From NCBI GenBank assembly GCA_965213685.1, contig CBDBZY010000064.1:288001-352000 (forward strand): DNA of 64,000 nucleotides, read 5' to 3'. Below the pieces are notes generated by a model, which had not been told where the DNA came from, did no database searches, and saw nothing but the letters and a program-made list of their open reading frames with translations. How positions within the stretch are numbered: position 1 is the first letter of the stretch; each line of letters opens with the position of its first letter. The DNA comes from a bacterium. GTDB lineage: Bacteria > UBA8248. Shown here piece by piece: positions 30,601-42,200 of this stretch. The translations under genes were made by a program, and so were the position numbers.

Positions 30601-32536
30601 GATCTGATGATATATATGCACAGTCATGTGATTAATATGTCATTTCCTACCCACAGCTAGCATCAGTGCAGGAATACGAGCGTCATACCTATATGTATGT
30701 ACTTGCATACTATTGTGAATAAGAGGGCAGAGAATATCAATACAATATAAGCCATCATGACAATCAAGGAGTCAAATGTCACTCCAAGTACTTTCAATAT
30801 AGCCCATCATGACAATCAAGGGAAATTAAAGGAGTGTTAACTGACAAAAATGGATGATGTCATAACATTAAAGAGGCTGCTGCAAATACGCACTAGCAGT
30901 GCGAGAAGAGGCCATGGTGAATGCATGCACCATGTACGTTTTGCAAATATACATGGCTCACAAGACTACATGGGTATAAAGCCAGGACTACATCTTTCAG
31001 CTTCCCTCTGTTGGACAAGGAGAGAAATTCAAAGTGGAATGACACTGTCAGCTGAGTGATAACATTCCATTCATTTCCCACACAGAAACCTACTATATGT
31101 GCATGTACATGTATATTGCTTGATTCCGACCGCCACAAACATAGTAAACTGGTGCTCTAGAGTGAGGAGGATTTTCCATCCAGGGCACTCCATACCATAT
31201 TTGGTGCTAAAGTATGTAATACTCATATAGCTTGGCATGCCATCACAATCAATATCAAGACACAGTACCCAGTGTACATATATACTTTTTTTCATACAGA
31301 ATTGTGACAAGGCAGAGTGCCTTTTATGTGAATATGACTCTATAACTAACCATCTGTGTAGTATAGACAAAACATAAGTAGGAGGGCAGAGAGGTTCAGT
31401 ACAATAAATAGGCCATCATGACAGTCAAGAAGGAGTCAAACGTCACTTCAGGTACTTCAAGCAGAAGGACAGATGTATATATACATTGCTTAATTTCTAT
31501 GATCCCGATCACCAGAAACACAGAAACAAAGTAAATTGGTGCTCTAGAGTGAGGAGAATTTTCCATCCAGAGCACTCCATACCAAATTTGGTGCTAAAGC
31601 AAGTAGTACTCATTTGGTTTCACAATCAACATGCAAGATTGCATGTACACATAGCAGTGTATAGCTGTGTACACGGTGCTCATTTCTAATAGTCTACACC
31701 ATTATGACACAGAGGTTTCCTGTTTCCTGTGGTTGGAAACTACAATCAGTGAGAGACAAAATCAGTCATTGCTCAGCGCATAGTTCCGTCTCAGTCTGGC
31801 CCCAGCTCCCGTACGCCCAGTGTGGACGGTGTACGCTTGTACAGTTTCTCGGCTTATCCGCCGACTCTAGTTGTTCCGATCCAAAATCAGAAGTACGTAT
31901 ACAAGTAGCTACGAACCTCGGGTTTGAGAAAGCAGCACGAAACCCCAGTGGTGACAGCTACGAGCAAATGGCAGGGCACGCCTACTACTAGCGGATCAGG
32001 TCGGATATACGGCACCTGCGTAATTACGAGTCCTAGCCTACTGCTGCTAGTTTCTAGCCTACTCCTAGCCCTTGCCCCGTTACAAGATCGAGTGGACTAG
32101 CCTATGTCCCTAGCCTACCCCTAGCCCTTGCCCTGTTACAAAATCGAGTTGTGACGGGGCAAGGGCTAGGGGTAGGCTAGAAACTAGCAGCAGTAGGCTA
32201 GGACTCGTAATTACGCAGGTGCCGTATATATCCGACCTGATCCCTACTAGCGCTTATCTAGCTATAAACCTTAGTTGCAGCCTCGCCACAAGGCTCCTGC
32301 ACGGTCTGGAGATTTGGCAGCGTGTTTAGTGTTCGCTGCAGTACACAATACAACGCTACACAGTTCTACTCAACTCACGGGTACTTGAAGTAGTTGGAAA
32401 TGTCCAGCGTCTTATTATTTGGCGCCTCACACTTACACTTGTTCGAGGGGTCTATAGTGCACTTGTCCAGACTGTGCACAGCATCTAACAACGCTAGGCA
32501 GAGAAGGCAGAACACTGTTAGTGACCAGCTCTCCAT
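27697..32536 (-). CDS. CD-M6PR-like copy 6: intact ectodomain and TM, frameshifted cytoplasmic tail
   Basis: Exons 1-5 are open (MESWSLTVFC../VCEYIISQNRW..TAR/..SQELPDVTY/..IGWVIIAL). Exon 6 shifts frame after RRGAR, giving KEKKSILHSPSLPIH, then GWSHVYYQPLH* (TAG 27697-27699). Could instead be a young pseudogene. Confidence 0.6.
31993..32243. mobile_element. 251-bp foldback MITE with 8-bp TSD
   Basis: ~110-bp TIRs starting GGATCAGGTCGGATAT; CTACTAGC duplicated (31985-31992, 32244-32251); empty site in copy 4 at ~21328. Confidence 0.9.
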
Positions 32537-32995
32537 ATCTCTACATCCGTTCCCAGGGGTGCGAGCATCTACATCCGTTCCCAGGGGTGCGTGCGAGCGA
32601 ACCTTTGACCCTTGCAACTTGAGGTCGGAGAGCCGTATGTGAAGCCATTCGAAAGCCCACGATGCAACTGGCTATCCGTGGCTAAACGAAGCCAAGCTTC
32701 TTTTCTTTTCGCCACATCTTGCATTGAACTGATGCAGTGCAGTTACTAGGCATTCTTGTGATGTAGATATTTGCATTTTAGTTGAAGAATTTGTGTTGGC
32801 GCTTCAGTATAATGATCTGTTACATTGACAAGTCATGAGCTGATGTTTTAGTCATCTGGCAGCATGTATGATATTGTTGCAACATATGTTACACAGGAGT
32901 ATGCATGAAGAATTGCATGATACATTAACTTGGGTAGCCTACACCAAATGATTCCACGTTTCATGGCATGCAACATATATTAGCTGCACAAAGGT

Positions 32996-33343
32996 CAGGG
33001 GCGTAGGAGCCAGTACGGCTACTCCGGCTTTGGCCGTAGTAGATTTTGGCCCCACGTACTTAGTTGGTTTGCTTCGAGCTACTTACTCTCGTGCTACGTC
33101 ACTACATGCTACAGTCCTTGTCACTGAGCGAAGATCAGAGCCGGGTGCAGCTTACGCATGCGCATTACTAATAGCCTAGTACTAGACACATGCATGTTGA
33201 GCTGTAGTATTGAGATACATGTTCAAAGCAACTACATGAGCATACCTTTTGCAGACACTAATGTTCAGGATTGAGGGGTGGGGACATGTATGTAGAGGGG
33301 TGTGTCTGGCCTTACTAGATCTGTTGTGCTTCCTACTCCTCTG
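32996..33343. mobile_element. MITE-like element (CAGGGGCGTAGGAGC...GCTTCCTACTCCTCTG); related ends at ~53606 and ~54693
   Basis: Imperfect TIRs; a second family member lies in the adaptor gene intron. Confidence 0.45.
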
Positions 33344-33749
33344 AAGGTTATACACATTTCAAGCAAGTGCTTTTAATAACTTTGGCATTATTGTAGTCAT
33401 GTCACAGAGTAGATTGTCTTCATAGTAACCTGCACCCCAGGCACTTTACCTCAGAGTGACTTGTCCTCCCTCAGACATCTAACTCTGGAGCGGCTGTCCC
33501 CCCAGACACTTCACTCCTGAGCAAGTTGTCCCCGGACAATCTGGGGCAAAGCATCCCCCAGACAAGTTACTCTTGACTAAACATTCGGGGGGGAGGTTAC
33601 TATGAAGGGCAATTACTCCATGACAGACATTGAACGAACAGAGCATGAACCAATAGTCTTCTTGAAGCAATCATTTCATAACTGGTTGACAAACATTGAA
33701 GATACATATGCATGGAAGTGCAAAGTTCCTACCACCTAGAAAAATGACC

Positions 33750-34850
33750 TCAACCTTTAGTATCAGTGCCACTACATAATGATTGTAACACATGTTCATC
33801 AGCGACATCTTCCTGATTTTGCTGCTCTTCTTTGGATTGCTGAATGCTTTGCTCGATCACATACTGCTCTAGAAGAACTCGTGCTCGAAGCCCACTGCTG
33901 AAAATCTGCCCCATTTCCTCTCCAACCATCCATCCCAGCGCAGGGCTGCCCACCTTACCCCCAATTTCAAAACCACGCTCAGAAAATATTAGGCTCTGGT
34001 CTTCCAGAAACTTCTCTTCCTCCTTTGCGCTGACACACTCTGGTGATTCCACCAGTCTGTTGTAGTTTATCATCACCATGGCAGGCTGAGCCTTCTTGTG
34101 CATGGCACGCAAAGCAGCAAACCAGAAGGAGCTCAGCCAGTGGTCACGGTCTGGGAGTGAGGACGGATCTCGAAAACCAGTAGGGATGATCGGTAGAGCT
34201 TCTGAACAATGAGGACTTACTTTAACAACATCATTGAGTGTGGCTTTTATTTTGTCAACCCATTCGGCAATTTTATATTTGAAAAGCTTAGACAACTCCT
34301 CCTTATCTTCCTTGTGCCTGGCAAGCATCATGTCGTCATTTATCATCTCAAGCTCATTGGCATACGTGAGGGCTATCACAGCGTGATCCCAGAGGCTGTG
34401 CCCAAAGGCATCTGTCAGCTTCTCCAGGGCCTTGACCTCTTTTGAGTCACTCGTGAATCGCGTGGTCGAGATGCTAACACAGAACACGCAGAGATCAATG
34501 TCAGTGCACTTCGCCTTCATGTCCGCAATGTATTCTGCCTCTCTCCCCGTGCCGTCCTGCAAGCCTGGGGAGTCCCACACCTTCACTCGGACCCCACTCA
34601 CTGTTGTCTCGTAGCACGTCACCTCAGAGGTCATCGGGTCAAGCTCTCCGCCTTCCTCAGCCAATTTCTGACCAATCATAGCGTTCACTAGCGTAGACTT
34701 TCCTGCGCCCGTTCTTCCCGTCACGAAAATGTTGACGGAACTGCTGGATTGAATCCATTCCTTAAGCTCTTCCTTAATTCTTTCGGACTGTACCGCACGG
34801 AGGACCTCTCCTAGCAGTTCCTCTAAGACACCACTCTGCCGCTGCCCCAT
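33750..34850 (-). CDS. Intronless AIG1/Toc34/paraseptin-like P-loop GTPase, type A1 (N-myristoylation motif)
   Basis: G1 GRTGAGKS, G2 DPMT, G3 WDSPGL, G4-region LTYAN, LPDRDHWL motif. The likely start is MGQRQS at 34850 by alignment to A2 (the ORF track starts 60 bp earlier). Confidence 0.88.
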   Translation of the reverse strand: MGQRQSGVLEELLGEVLRAVQSERIKEELKEWIQSSSSVNIFVTGRTGAGKSTLVNAMIGQKLAEEGGELDPMTSEVTCYETTVSGVRVKVWDSPGLQDGTGREAEYIADMKAKCTDIDLCVFCVSISTTRFTSDSKEVKALEKLTDAFGHSLWDHAVIALTYANELEMINDDMMLARHKEDKEELSKLFKYKIAEWVDKIKATLNDVVKVSPHCSEALPIIPTGFRDPSSLPDRDHWLSSFWFAALRAMHKKAQPAMVMINYNRLVESPECVSAKEEEKFLEDQSLIFSERGFEIGGKVGSPALGWMVGEEMGQIFSSGLRARVLLEQYVIEQSIQQSKEEQQNQEDVADEHVLQSLCSGTDTKG

Positions 34851-34976
34851 ACCTAGCCGTATTTTTCGCGTGCACGGAGGAGCTGGCAGCTTAGCCACGC
34901 CTCCTCGCACGCGTGCAAGAAGGCGTGGCTAGATGGCGCGCCCCTTCCCAGTAATTTTGATCACGCGGATCGATAA
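34851..34976. promoter_or_regulatory. Putative bidirectional promoter with 40-bp palindrome (34892-34931)
   Basis: 126-bp CpG-rich spacer between divergent ATGs; TAGCCACGCCTCCTCGCACGCGTGCAAGAAGGCGTGGCTA is nearly self-complementary. Confidence 0.55.
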
Positions 34977-36068
34977 ATGGCGTCTAAAGCCCTTCTAGAC
35001 AAGCTGGGTTTAACGCGAGAGGAAAGAAAGAAATTCGAAAAGACGCTTCGACAGGCGAAATTAGATGTCCACGTTTTAGTGGCGGGTAAAACTGGCACTG
35101 GAAAATCGAAGCTGGTCAACGCCCTCACTGGGGCCATCGTGGCACGTGAGGGGCACAGCACCGACCCAGAATCGGGCTCGGTGCAGCAATACCAGGCTCG
35201 TACTGAAGGCGGCTACACGGTCAATGTTTGGGACAGCCCCGGTCTCTTTGATGGCTCTGGTAGGAATCGCGACTATGTGGAAAGTATGCGAAGAGAGTGT
35301 GGTGACAAAATCGACATACTGCTCTACTGCATTAGTATGTCTGACAAACGAGCAGATCTAGATGAGATGACGTCAGGAATGAGGTTATTGACCGAGACCC
35401 TAGGACAAGATGTTTGGAGTCATGCAATGATCATTCTCACATTTGCCAATGTTGTCGCTGAAAGAATTGCTAAGGAATGCTCGGATGCAGAAACAGTGGA
35501 AAGCAAGTTTCAGGCAAAGGTTGAACAGTGGAAGAAGAAGGTGCACTCTGCACTCGAGGGTGCTGGTGTGCAGCATGAGATGATTGCACAGGTCTCCATT
35601 GAACCAGCCGGGCATTACCTCATTCCTCACCTCCCCGACCGAATCCACTGGCTTGGCTACCTTTGGCTGCTGTTCCTCTTCCACATAAAAGACGAGGCCA
35701 AGCTAGCTATTCTTATCACCAATGAAAACCGCATATGGAGCTCAGAGTACCTTCAGCCTAGTGAACTGGCTGGACTGATTGAAGGAGCCGAAGACACCAG
35801 CCAAATACCACTAGTCATAAATCGTGAACATGCCATCAAGATTGGAATAATCGGTGGTGTAGGAGGTGCAGCCACGCTTGTGGGCGGAGTCACGGGAGCT
35901 GCCGTTGGGGGAGTACTGTTGGGCACTCTCACGGCTGGTGTGGGGGCTGGGGTGGGGGTGGCGGCAGGTGGTGCTGTGGGAGTGGGGGTCGGTTTGCTCT
36001 GCTCTCATGCAGTCACCAAGATGCTGGAAAGGAGAAAAACTAAGAAAGAATCGAGAGAATCATCATGA
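34977..36068 (+). CDS. Intronless AIG1/Toc34-like GTPase, type B1, with C-terminal glycine-zipper membrane segment
   Basis: 363 aa; GKTGTGKS, DPES at G2, WDSPGL, LTFAN, LPDRIHWLGYLW; ~55-aa hydrophobic GxxxG repeat followed by basic ERRKTKK. Confidence 0.9.
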   Translation: MASKALLDKLGLTREERKKFEKTLRQAKLDVHVLVAGKTGTGKSKLVNALTGAIVAREGHSTDPESGSVQQYQARTEGGYTVNVWDSPGLFDGSGRNRDYVESMRRECGDKIDILLYCISMSDKRADLDEMTSGMRLLTETLGQDVWSHAMIILTFANVVAERIAKECSDAETVESKFQAKVEQWKKKVHSALEGAGVQHEMIAQVSIEPAGHYLIPHLPDRIHWLGYLWLLFLFHIKDEAKLAILITNENRIWSSEYLQPSELAGLIEGAEDTSQIPLVINREHAIKIGIIGGVGGAATLVGGVTGAAVGGVLLGTLTAGVGAGVGVAAGGAVGVGVGLLCSHAVTKMLERRKTKKESRESS

Positions 36069-36161
36069 TTGTGTCCTTCTCCACCAGTGTCGTGTTTGTA
36101 CTTGTGTGTAATAAAATATTATTTGGACTAGTCTCATGGACCATATGTATTTTCCAAGTGT

Positions 36162-36729
36162 ATGCAGCATGTTCATGAAAAAGAGGAAGGAATCAAGAGC
36201 AACTCAGAATTGCCTATAGTGGAGAAGTATGAGGCTCTGTCTCTAGACGGTTACACCATCAATGTTTGGGATAGCCCCGGTCTCTTTGATGGTTCTGATA
36301 GAAAGAGCATATACGTGGAAAGCATGAAGAAAGAGTGTGGTGATAAGATTGACATGCATGCTCCTCTACTGCATTGACAAGACTGAAGTGAGGGCAGGTG
36401 TCGATGAGATGTCATCAGGGATGAAATTATTGACTGAAGCCCTAAGACAAGATGCTTTGCCTTCATATCCGCAATGTATATTATATTATGTATGCATTCT
36501 CAAGGGTGAGCCTCTTCTTTGATTCAAAGAAGAGGCTCAACTGGCTATTCTTATGACCAATCAAAATCATATAGGGAGTTCACATTATCTTCAACCCACA
36601 GATTATCATGCTTTGCAAGAGCTACCACTCATCATACATCATGAAAGTAAGAACAAAGTACACTTGCGTGACTTTTGTGTTCTTGTAGTCAAGAAGATGA
36701 AAGTCAAGTATAAGAGGAAGAAGCTTTGA
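36162..36729 (+). pseudogene. Type B GTPase pseudogene fragment (B2-like C-terminus)
   Basis: DGYTINVWDSPGLFDGS..KKECGDKID, frameshift, LLYCID..SGMKLLTEAL, internal deletion, then EAQLAILMTNQ..YLQPT..VVKKMK; P-loop missing. Confidence 0.8.
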
Positions 36730-37259
36730 AGTAATGTAATGTTCTAGATGCTGCTTTTTGTAGACTGTGAATAATATACATAAAAATAACATAAGTTTCA
36801 TTCTTATTTACGGCAATGAATTACACAGCTAGCACAAGTTCAGACATCAACAGTAACATCAACCTTGCCAGCTGATGGTGTGGCAGTGAATAAGGAGGGA
36901 ACTATAGTTGTATCATGTGACAAGACTGTGGAATTTAATGTCATCTGGAGTTTGCAACAATGGGCTTCTAGAGTGTATTAGGTCTGAGGCTGAAGGCAGT
37001 TATATGTATGCATTCCCAAGGGTGTAGCCTGAGGGATTGCATAAAGCTGCAAGAAAACATGGAGGGTAACAGCTTATACTTGTATATACCACAATGTCCT
37101 CAAGTAGTTCAGACAAGAACGATACAGTACATAGTAGCCTGCATGTGCCCTCCTTACCTGTGTAGGGAGATACATGTATGTACACTGCATTGGTTCATAT
37201 AACAATATGGGAGTTGTATCAATAGTTGCTGCACAGCTGCAACACAACTGCTCATTTTG

Positions 37260-37410
<151 letters not shown>

Positions 37411-37769
37411 GTGTATGTGTGTGCATGTGTGTGTGAGTTACATCTAGCTATGTAACCCTGTGTCAGTAGGTTTGCTCCCACATACTCTGTATGTTGTATG
37501 TGCACGTGTGGGCCCTACTTATGATTAAATTTCACTGCACTACACATCCACGAGTGTATGTAATTATTGTAAGCCTGTACAGGCACATACCAGTACTGCA
37601 AAGCTTGTACAGGTATATACCAGGTGGACAAGAAAATGCACTAGACACCTCACTGATGGTGGCAGCCACTACAGCACAGTTCTACATGTACTCAGTAGTA
37701 CATGTATCACTAATGTACATTACTATACTTACAGACAGAAGAGAGCTAATAATATTACTTCTACTACTA

Positions 37770-37986
37770 TTCTACAACTACTTCTATTTTTCATATGTAC
37801 CTAGCGTTATTACTGTTTGGAATACTTTACCAGTAGACATAAGATCATCATCATCTGTTTCTGTTTTTAAGCATAACTTACTGCACTGGGCTCATGTCTT
37901 GTATTAGCTTACAGCTATTTACATGTTGCCTCCCATATCTTTGTACTGTACTTCTTATCTCACTTGTATAGAAAAAAAAAAAAAAA
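37770..37986 (+). mobile_element. LINE 3' end (CR1/L2-like) with poly(A)
   Basis: FYFSYVPSVITVWNTLP..SVSVFK; 3' end resembles 12170-12356; A-tract ~37973-37986. Confidence 0.65.
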
Positions 37987-38105
37987 TTACTGCAGTGCAG
38001 AAGGACTAAAAATAGCCACTGCATGCTTGGCGAGTAGATCTACAGGAGCTAAGCGGCAGGAATAGCCAGCCATCGTGAATGCTATGACGTTTTGCCAAAG
38101 CCCAC

Positions 38106-38146
38106 TAGTCTCCCGCTTGCCGAGAGAGTCTGGCTACGCGAGACTA
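38106..38146. mobile_element. 41-bp internally deleted hairpin micro-transposon with 9-bp TSD
   Basis: TAGTCTC...CGCGAGACTA flanked by AAAGCCCAC twice (38097-38105, 38147-38155). Confidence 0.8.
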
Positions 38147-38730
38147 AAAGCCCACTACTCTTCCATGCGTCATCCACGATACGCCCACGTTAAAACACGT
38201 GGTTTCAGCGTGCGCAAACAGTGTGTACCGGGCTCTTTTGAGCCTGGGAACGAGGCTATGTGGAGGCAAGCCGTCACTAGCACTAAAGCTCACTCGCAGA
38301 AAAGATAGGTTCTGCTGAAGGCTGCCACGACTGAACGCTGCTCAAGCACCGTACTACGGTGGCCCGTTAGGGCCATTCCGTAGCCATTTTGGAGTTAGAC
38401 GTTTGGAGCTAGCCGTTTCGGGCATTTGTTCTAGCCATACTGGAGTTTTGCTCCAGCCGTTTTCAAGTTCGTCGTTAGGCGCTAGCCGTTTTAGATATAT
38501 ATATGTGTGTAGATATATGTGTGTTTAAATATGTGTGTTTTAATCAGGAATTAGCTTTCTCGCTGAGTTGACATAGACCTCTATCAGCGGTGAGCGGGTT
38601 GACCGAGTGTGTGGACAAGAACTCCATCAGCGAACTACCAGCAGACTACCAGGTGCTCCCAGGCGCTGGGGCTGGGGCGTGTGGGGGCTGTGGTGTGCGG
38701 GGTGAATCCCTGGTTAACGGACCGCACAAG

Positions 38731-39204
38731 TAGGGACACGCACAATAAGCGGCATATTCTTTTAGCGTAATAGGCAGGCTACGTGAAGCAGCATAATGCC
38801 GGCATAATAGGGCTAACTTTGCACTATGACATAATTAAAATTCACGTGAGTAGCTGAGAACGCACACGTAGACTATAGAAATGGTTGATGCACCTTGTTC
38901 CAACACTTGTGCAATCGGCGTCCGCCAAATTGAACGGGTTTCTCCACCTTAGGAGAGCACTAAGAGCAAGTAAAGTAGCGCTCTCGATTGCTACAAGTGC
39001 TGTTGCGCTTAGCGTCATTCTGCGCAATCCAGGAATTCCTAGACCGCGTCAATTCTTAGAATGCGCGGAACATACATACACATATGTACATCATAATGTC
39101 AAAATAGCATAATAGGTTGGAAAACAAAGCATAATTGGTGCGTTTTGTGAGCATCGGAGCATAGCATAATGGGTAAAATTTGAAGCATAATGTGCGTGTG
39201 CCTA
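38731..39204. mobile_element. TA-flanked MITE
   Basis: TAGGGACACGCACAATAAGC ... GCATAATGTGCGTGTGCCTA TIRs; internal GCATAAT repeats. Confidence 0.65.
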
Positions 39205-42200
39205 GCGCTTACTCTTTACATAAAGAGGAGAGTGAAGACGCTAGCAGCACTTTGTGTGAGACAGTTGCGGTGCAACCAACAGCTGTAGGAAGAAGGAAGT
39301 GTATTCAGTCATGACGAAAGGCCTGAGCGTCATCAGGAGCTTTAGTCAAGCATCCCGCTCGTTTATCTATGGTCAAGCAGGGGCAAAGGCAAGGTGGGCT
39401 CTAGGTACTTGCATACCAATCATAAAAACACAGAAAGGGGCATCGGTTGTACTCCCTTACATGCATACGATGTTGAAAGCAAACTGCAGGGAAGTCTCAC
39501 AAAGTGAAATTTACGCCGTGACAGGAATATTCTATGTATGTGGAGTTTGATTAACCGCACCCCCAGGCATGGTGTGTTGCAAGTGAAATAGATCGAGCAA
39601 GTGTAGACAATGCGCCTGTGTAAAGGCCGGCAGAAAATGTTCTGATTGTCTACCGTGTCGTGTAGGGACTTGCTGCAACCTGTCGGATACTAGTCAAGTG
39701 GGAGCTGCTCCCGCACCCCATTTAGTGCCCACCGAGACAGCCCTGTCTCCTGGCGAAGACTCATCCTCATCACAGCATTCACCCAACATATCCAGGGCAC
39801 TGGTATACCCAGGGTGACCTTCAAGGAGTCGAACTCCACCAGACAATGAAAGAAATGTTTGATGAAGTCCACTGGCACCGTAATTTGTTTCAGGTACCCT
39901 CTGGATCCGCCAGAAAGGCCTTTGTTGCCGAACTGGCACAGCTGTATCAAGCATATGCCGACGGTTCAAGCCTTGAAAGTGTAGCATTGATGGCATGCAA
40001 TGTAGCTCCCATCCTCCTGCTACAGAAGCCTGGTCGTACCAGCAAAAGCAAAGACCATATGATCCATCTACAAAGAAGACTGGACTTGTGGCTCAATGGC
40101 GAGCTTCGTGCTCTAGTGAACGAAGGGAGGTGCATTCAGAAACACCTGAGAACAGGCACAAGATGGAAGGATGATGAAGTGATAGCCAGGACCTTCAGGG
40201 ATCTCATATTGAATGGGAAGGTCAGAGATGCCATGCGTTATCTGTCCAGGAAAACCGGTGGTGGGGTCCTCCAGCTGGACGAAATGATTCTGGACAGAAA
40301 AGAGGGGGATGACACAATAATGCGATCTGTACAAGAGATTCTCAAGGATAAACACCCTTTAGCCATTCCCCCCGCACCATGTACCCTGTTAGACGATGAG
40401 GATAATCCAGAGCCTGTCAGTCCTATTCTGTTTGACCTTCTAAACTCTGAGGCAATCCTTCAGTCAGCTTTACATACCCAAGGTTCCGCTGGTCCCTCAG
40501 GTCTTGATGCCCAGGCATGGCGGCGCATGTGCACCTCGTTCAAATCTGCCTCCACCAATCTTTGTGCTGCCCTGGCCAATGTTGGCAAGCGTATAGCCAC
40601 CACTGCTGTACATCCTGATGGTCTCACTGCTTTTGTTGCGTGCCGCCTCATTCCCATCGATAAGTGTCCTGGAGTGAGGCCCATTGGTGTTGGAGAAGTA
40701 CCCAGATGCATAATTGCCAAGGCAATTCTGAGGATCCTGAAGAAAGACATTGAAGATGCTGCAGGATCTCTTCAATTGTGTGCAGGTCAAGACGGTGGCT
40801 GTGAAGCCGCTGTCCACGCAATGAAACAGATCTTCCTGGATGAAGGTACTGAGGCCGCCTTACCAGTGGATGCAACAAACGCCTTCAATTCCATCGACAG
40901 GTATTCTGCCCTCCACAACATCAATGTGTTATGCCCTCCTCTCGCACAAGTGCTCATCAATACATACCGACATCCTGTTCGTCTGTTCATAACAGGCAGT
41001 TGAGAAATCCCATCCACCGAAGGCACCACCCAAGGTGACCCTTTAGCTATGGCCATGTACGCTATCGCCATCATGCCTCTAATCACTCATCTGAAAGAAA
41101 GCTGTCCAGCCGTTAAGCAGGCTTGGTATGCAGATGATGCCACAGGAGCCTCTACATGCAACAATCTGAGGTTGTGGTGGGATGAACTAACTAAACTTGG
41201 GCCCCTTTTTGGCTATCACCCAAACCCATCCAAAACCTATCTGGTTGTGAAAGAGGAACACATGGAGAATGCCACTCAGGCCTTCACAGACACAGGAATT
41301 CAGATCACTACTGAAGGGAAGCGTCATCTTGGAGCAGCAATAGGTTCCCATACATTCACTAACGAGTATGTCGGTAACAAAGTCCATGAATGGACAGAAG
41401 TCAAACGGCTTGCCCATGTTGCAACTTCGCAACCTCATGCTGCATATGCAGTGTTCGTACATGGTCTGGTAGGCAGATGAACATACGTGCTGAGAACAAT
41501 CCCTGACATACAAGATCTTCTTCTCCCGTTAGAGATAGCAATCCAACAGCACTTTATTCCTGCTCTGACGGGGCTTCCACTATGCTCAACAGTCGTGAGA
41601 GATCTGCTCGCTTTTCCTGCGAGACATGGAGGATTGGGTATTGTTAACCTGACAACACTATCATCACCGTACTACAGTGCATCTGAAATCATAACAAGAC
41701 CCTTAGTCTCTTTCATTGTGTCTCAAGAAGCACACCCGGCCATGGATTCGGAGACTATAGAGGCCACCAAAAAGGTGGTGAGAACCATGAATCGCACAAG
41801 ACATGCTCAACAAGCCAGTAATGTAAAAGACCAGCTACCTGAAGATATGAAGCGCCATGCAGAAGTGGTAAGTGAAAAAGGTGCCTCCTCATGGTTGGCT
41901 GTTCTACCCATTGGGGAGCACGGCTTCCACCTACACAAAGGGGAATTCAGGGATGCTCTACGTCTGAGATATAACTGGCAGCTTGACAACACCCCTAAGA
42001 CGTGCAACTGTGGTGCACAGTTCTCTGTAGATCATGCAATGATCTGCCACATGGGGGGTTTCCTGACCATCCGTCATAACGAAATCCGCGACATTACAGC
42101 CTCCTTGCTTACAGAGACATACTACAATGCTGCTACTGAGCCACCCCTCCAGCCCCTTAATGGGGAGACTCTCAGTGCCAGATCAGCTAACACAGATGAC

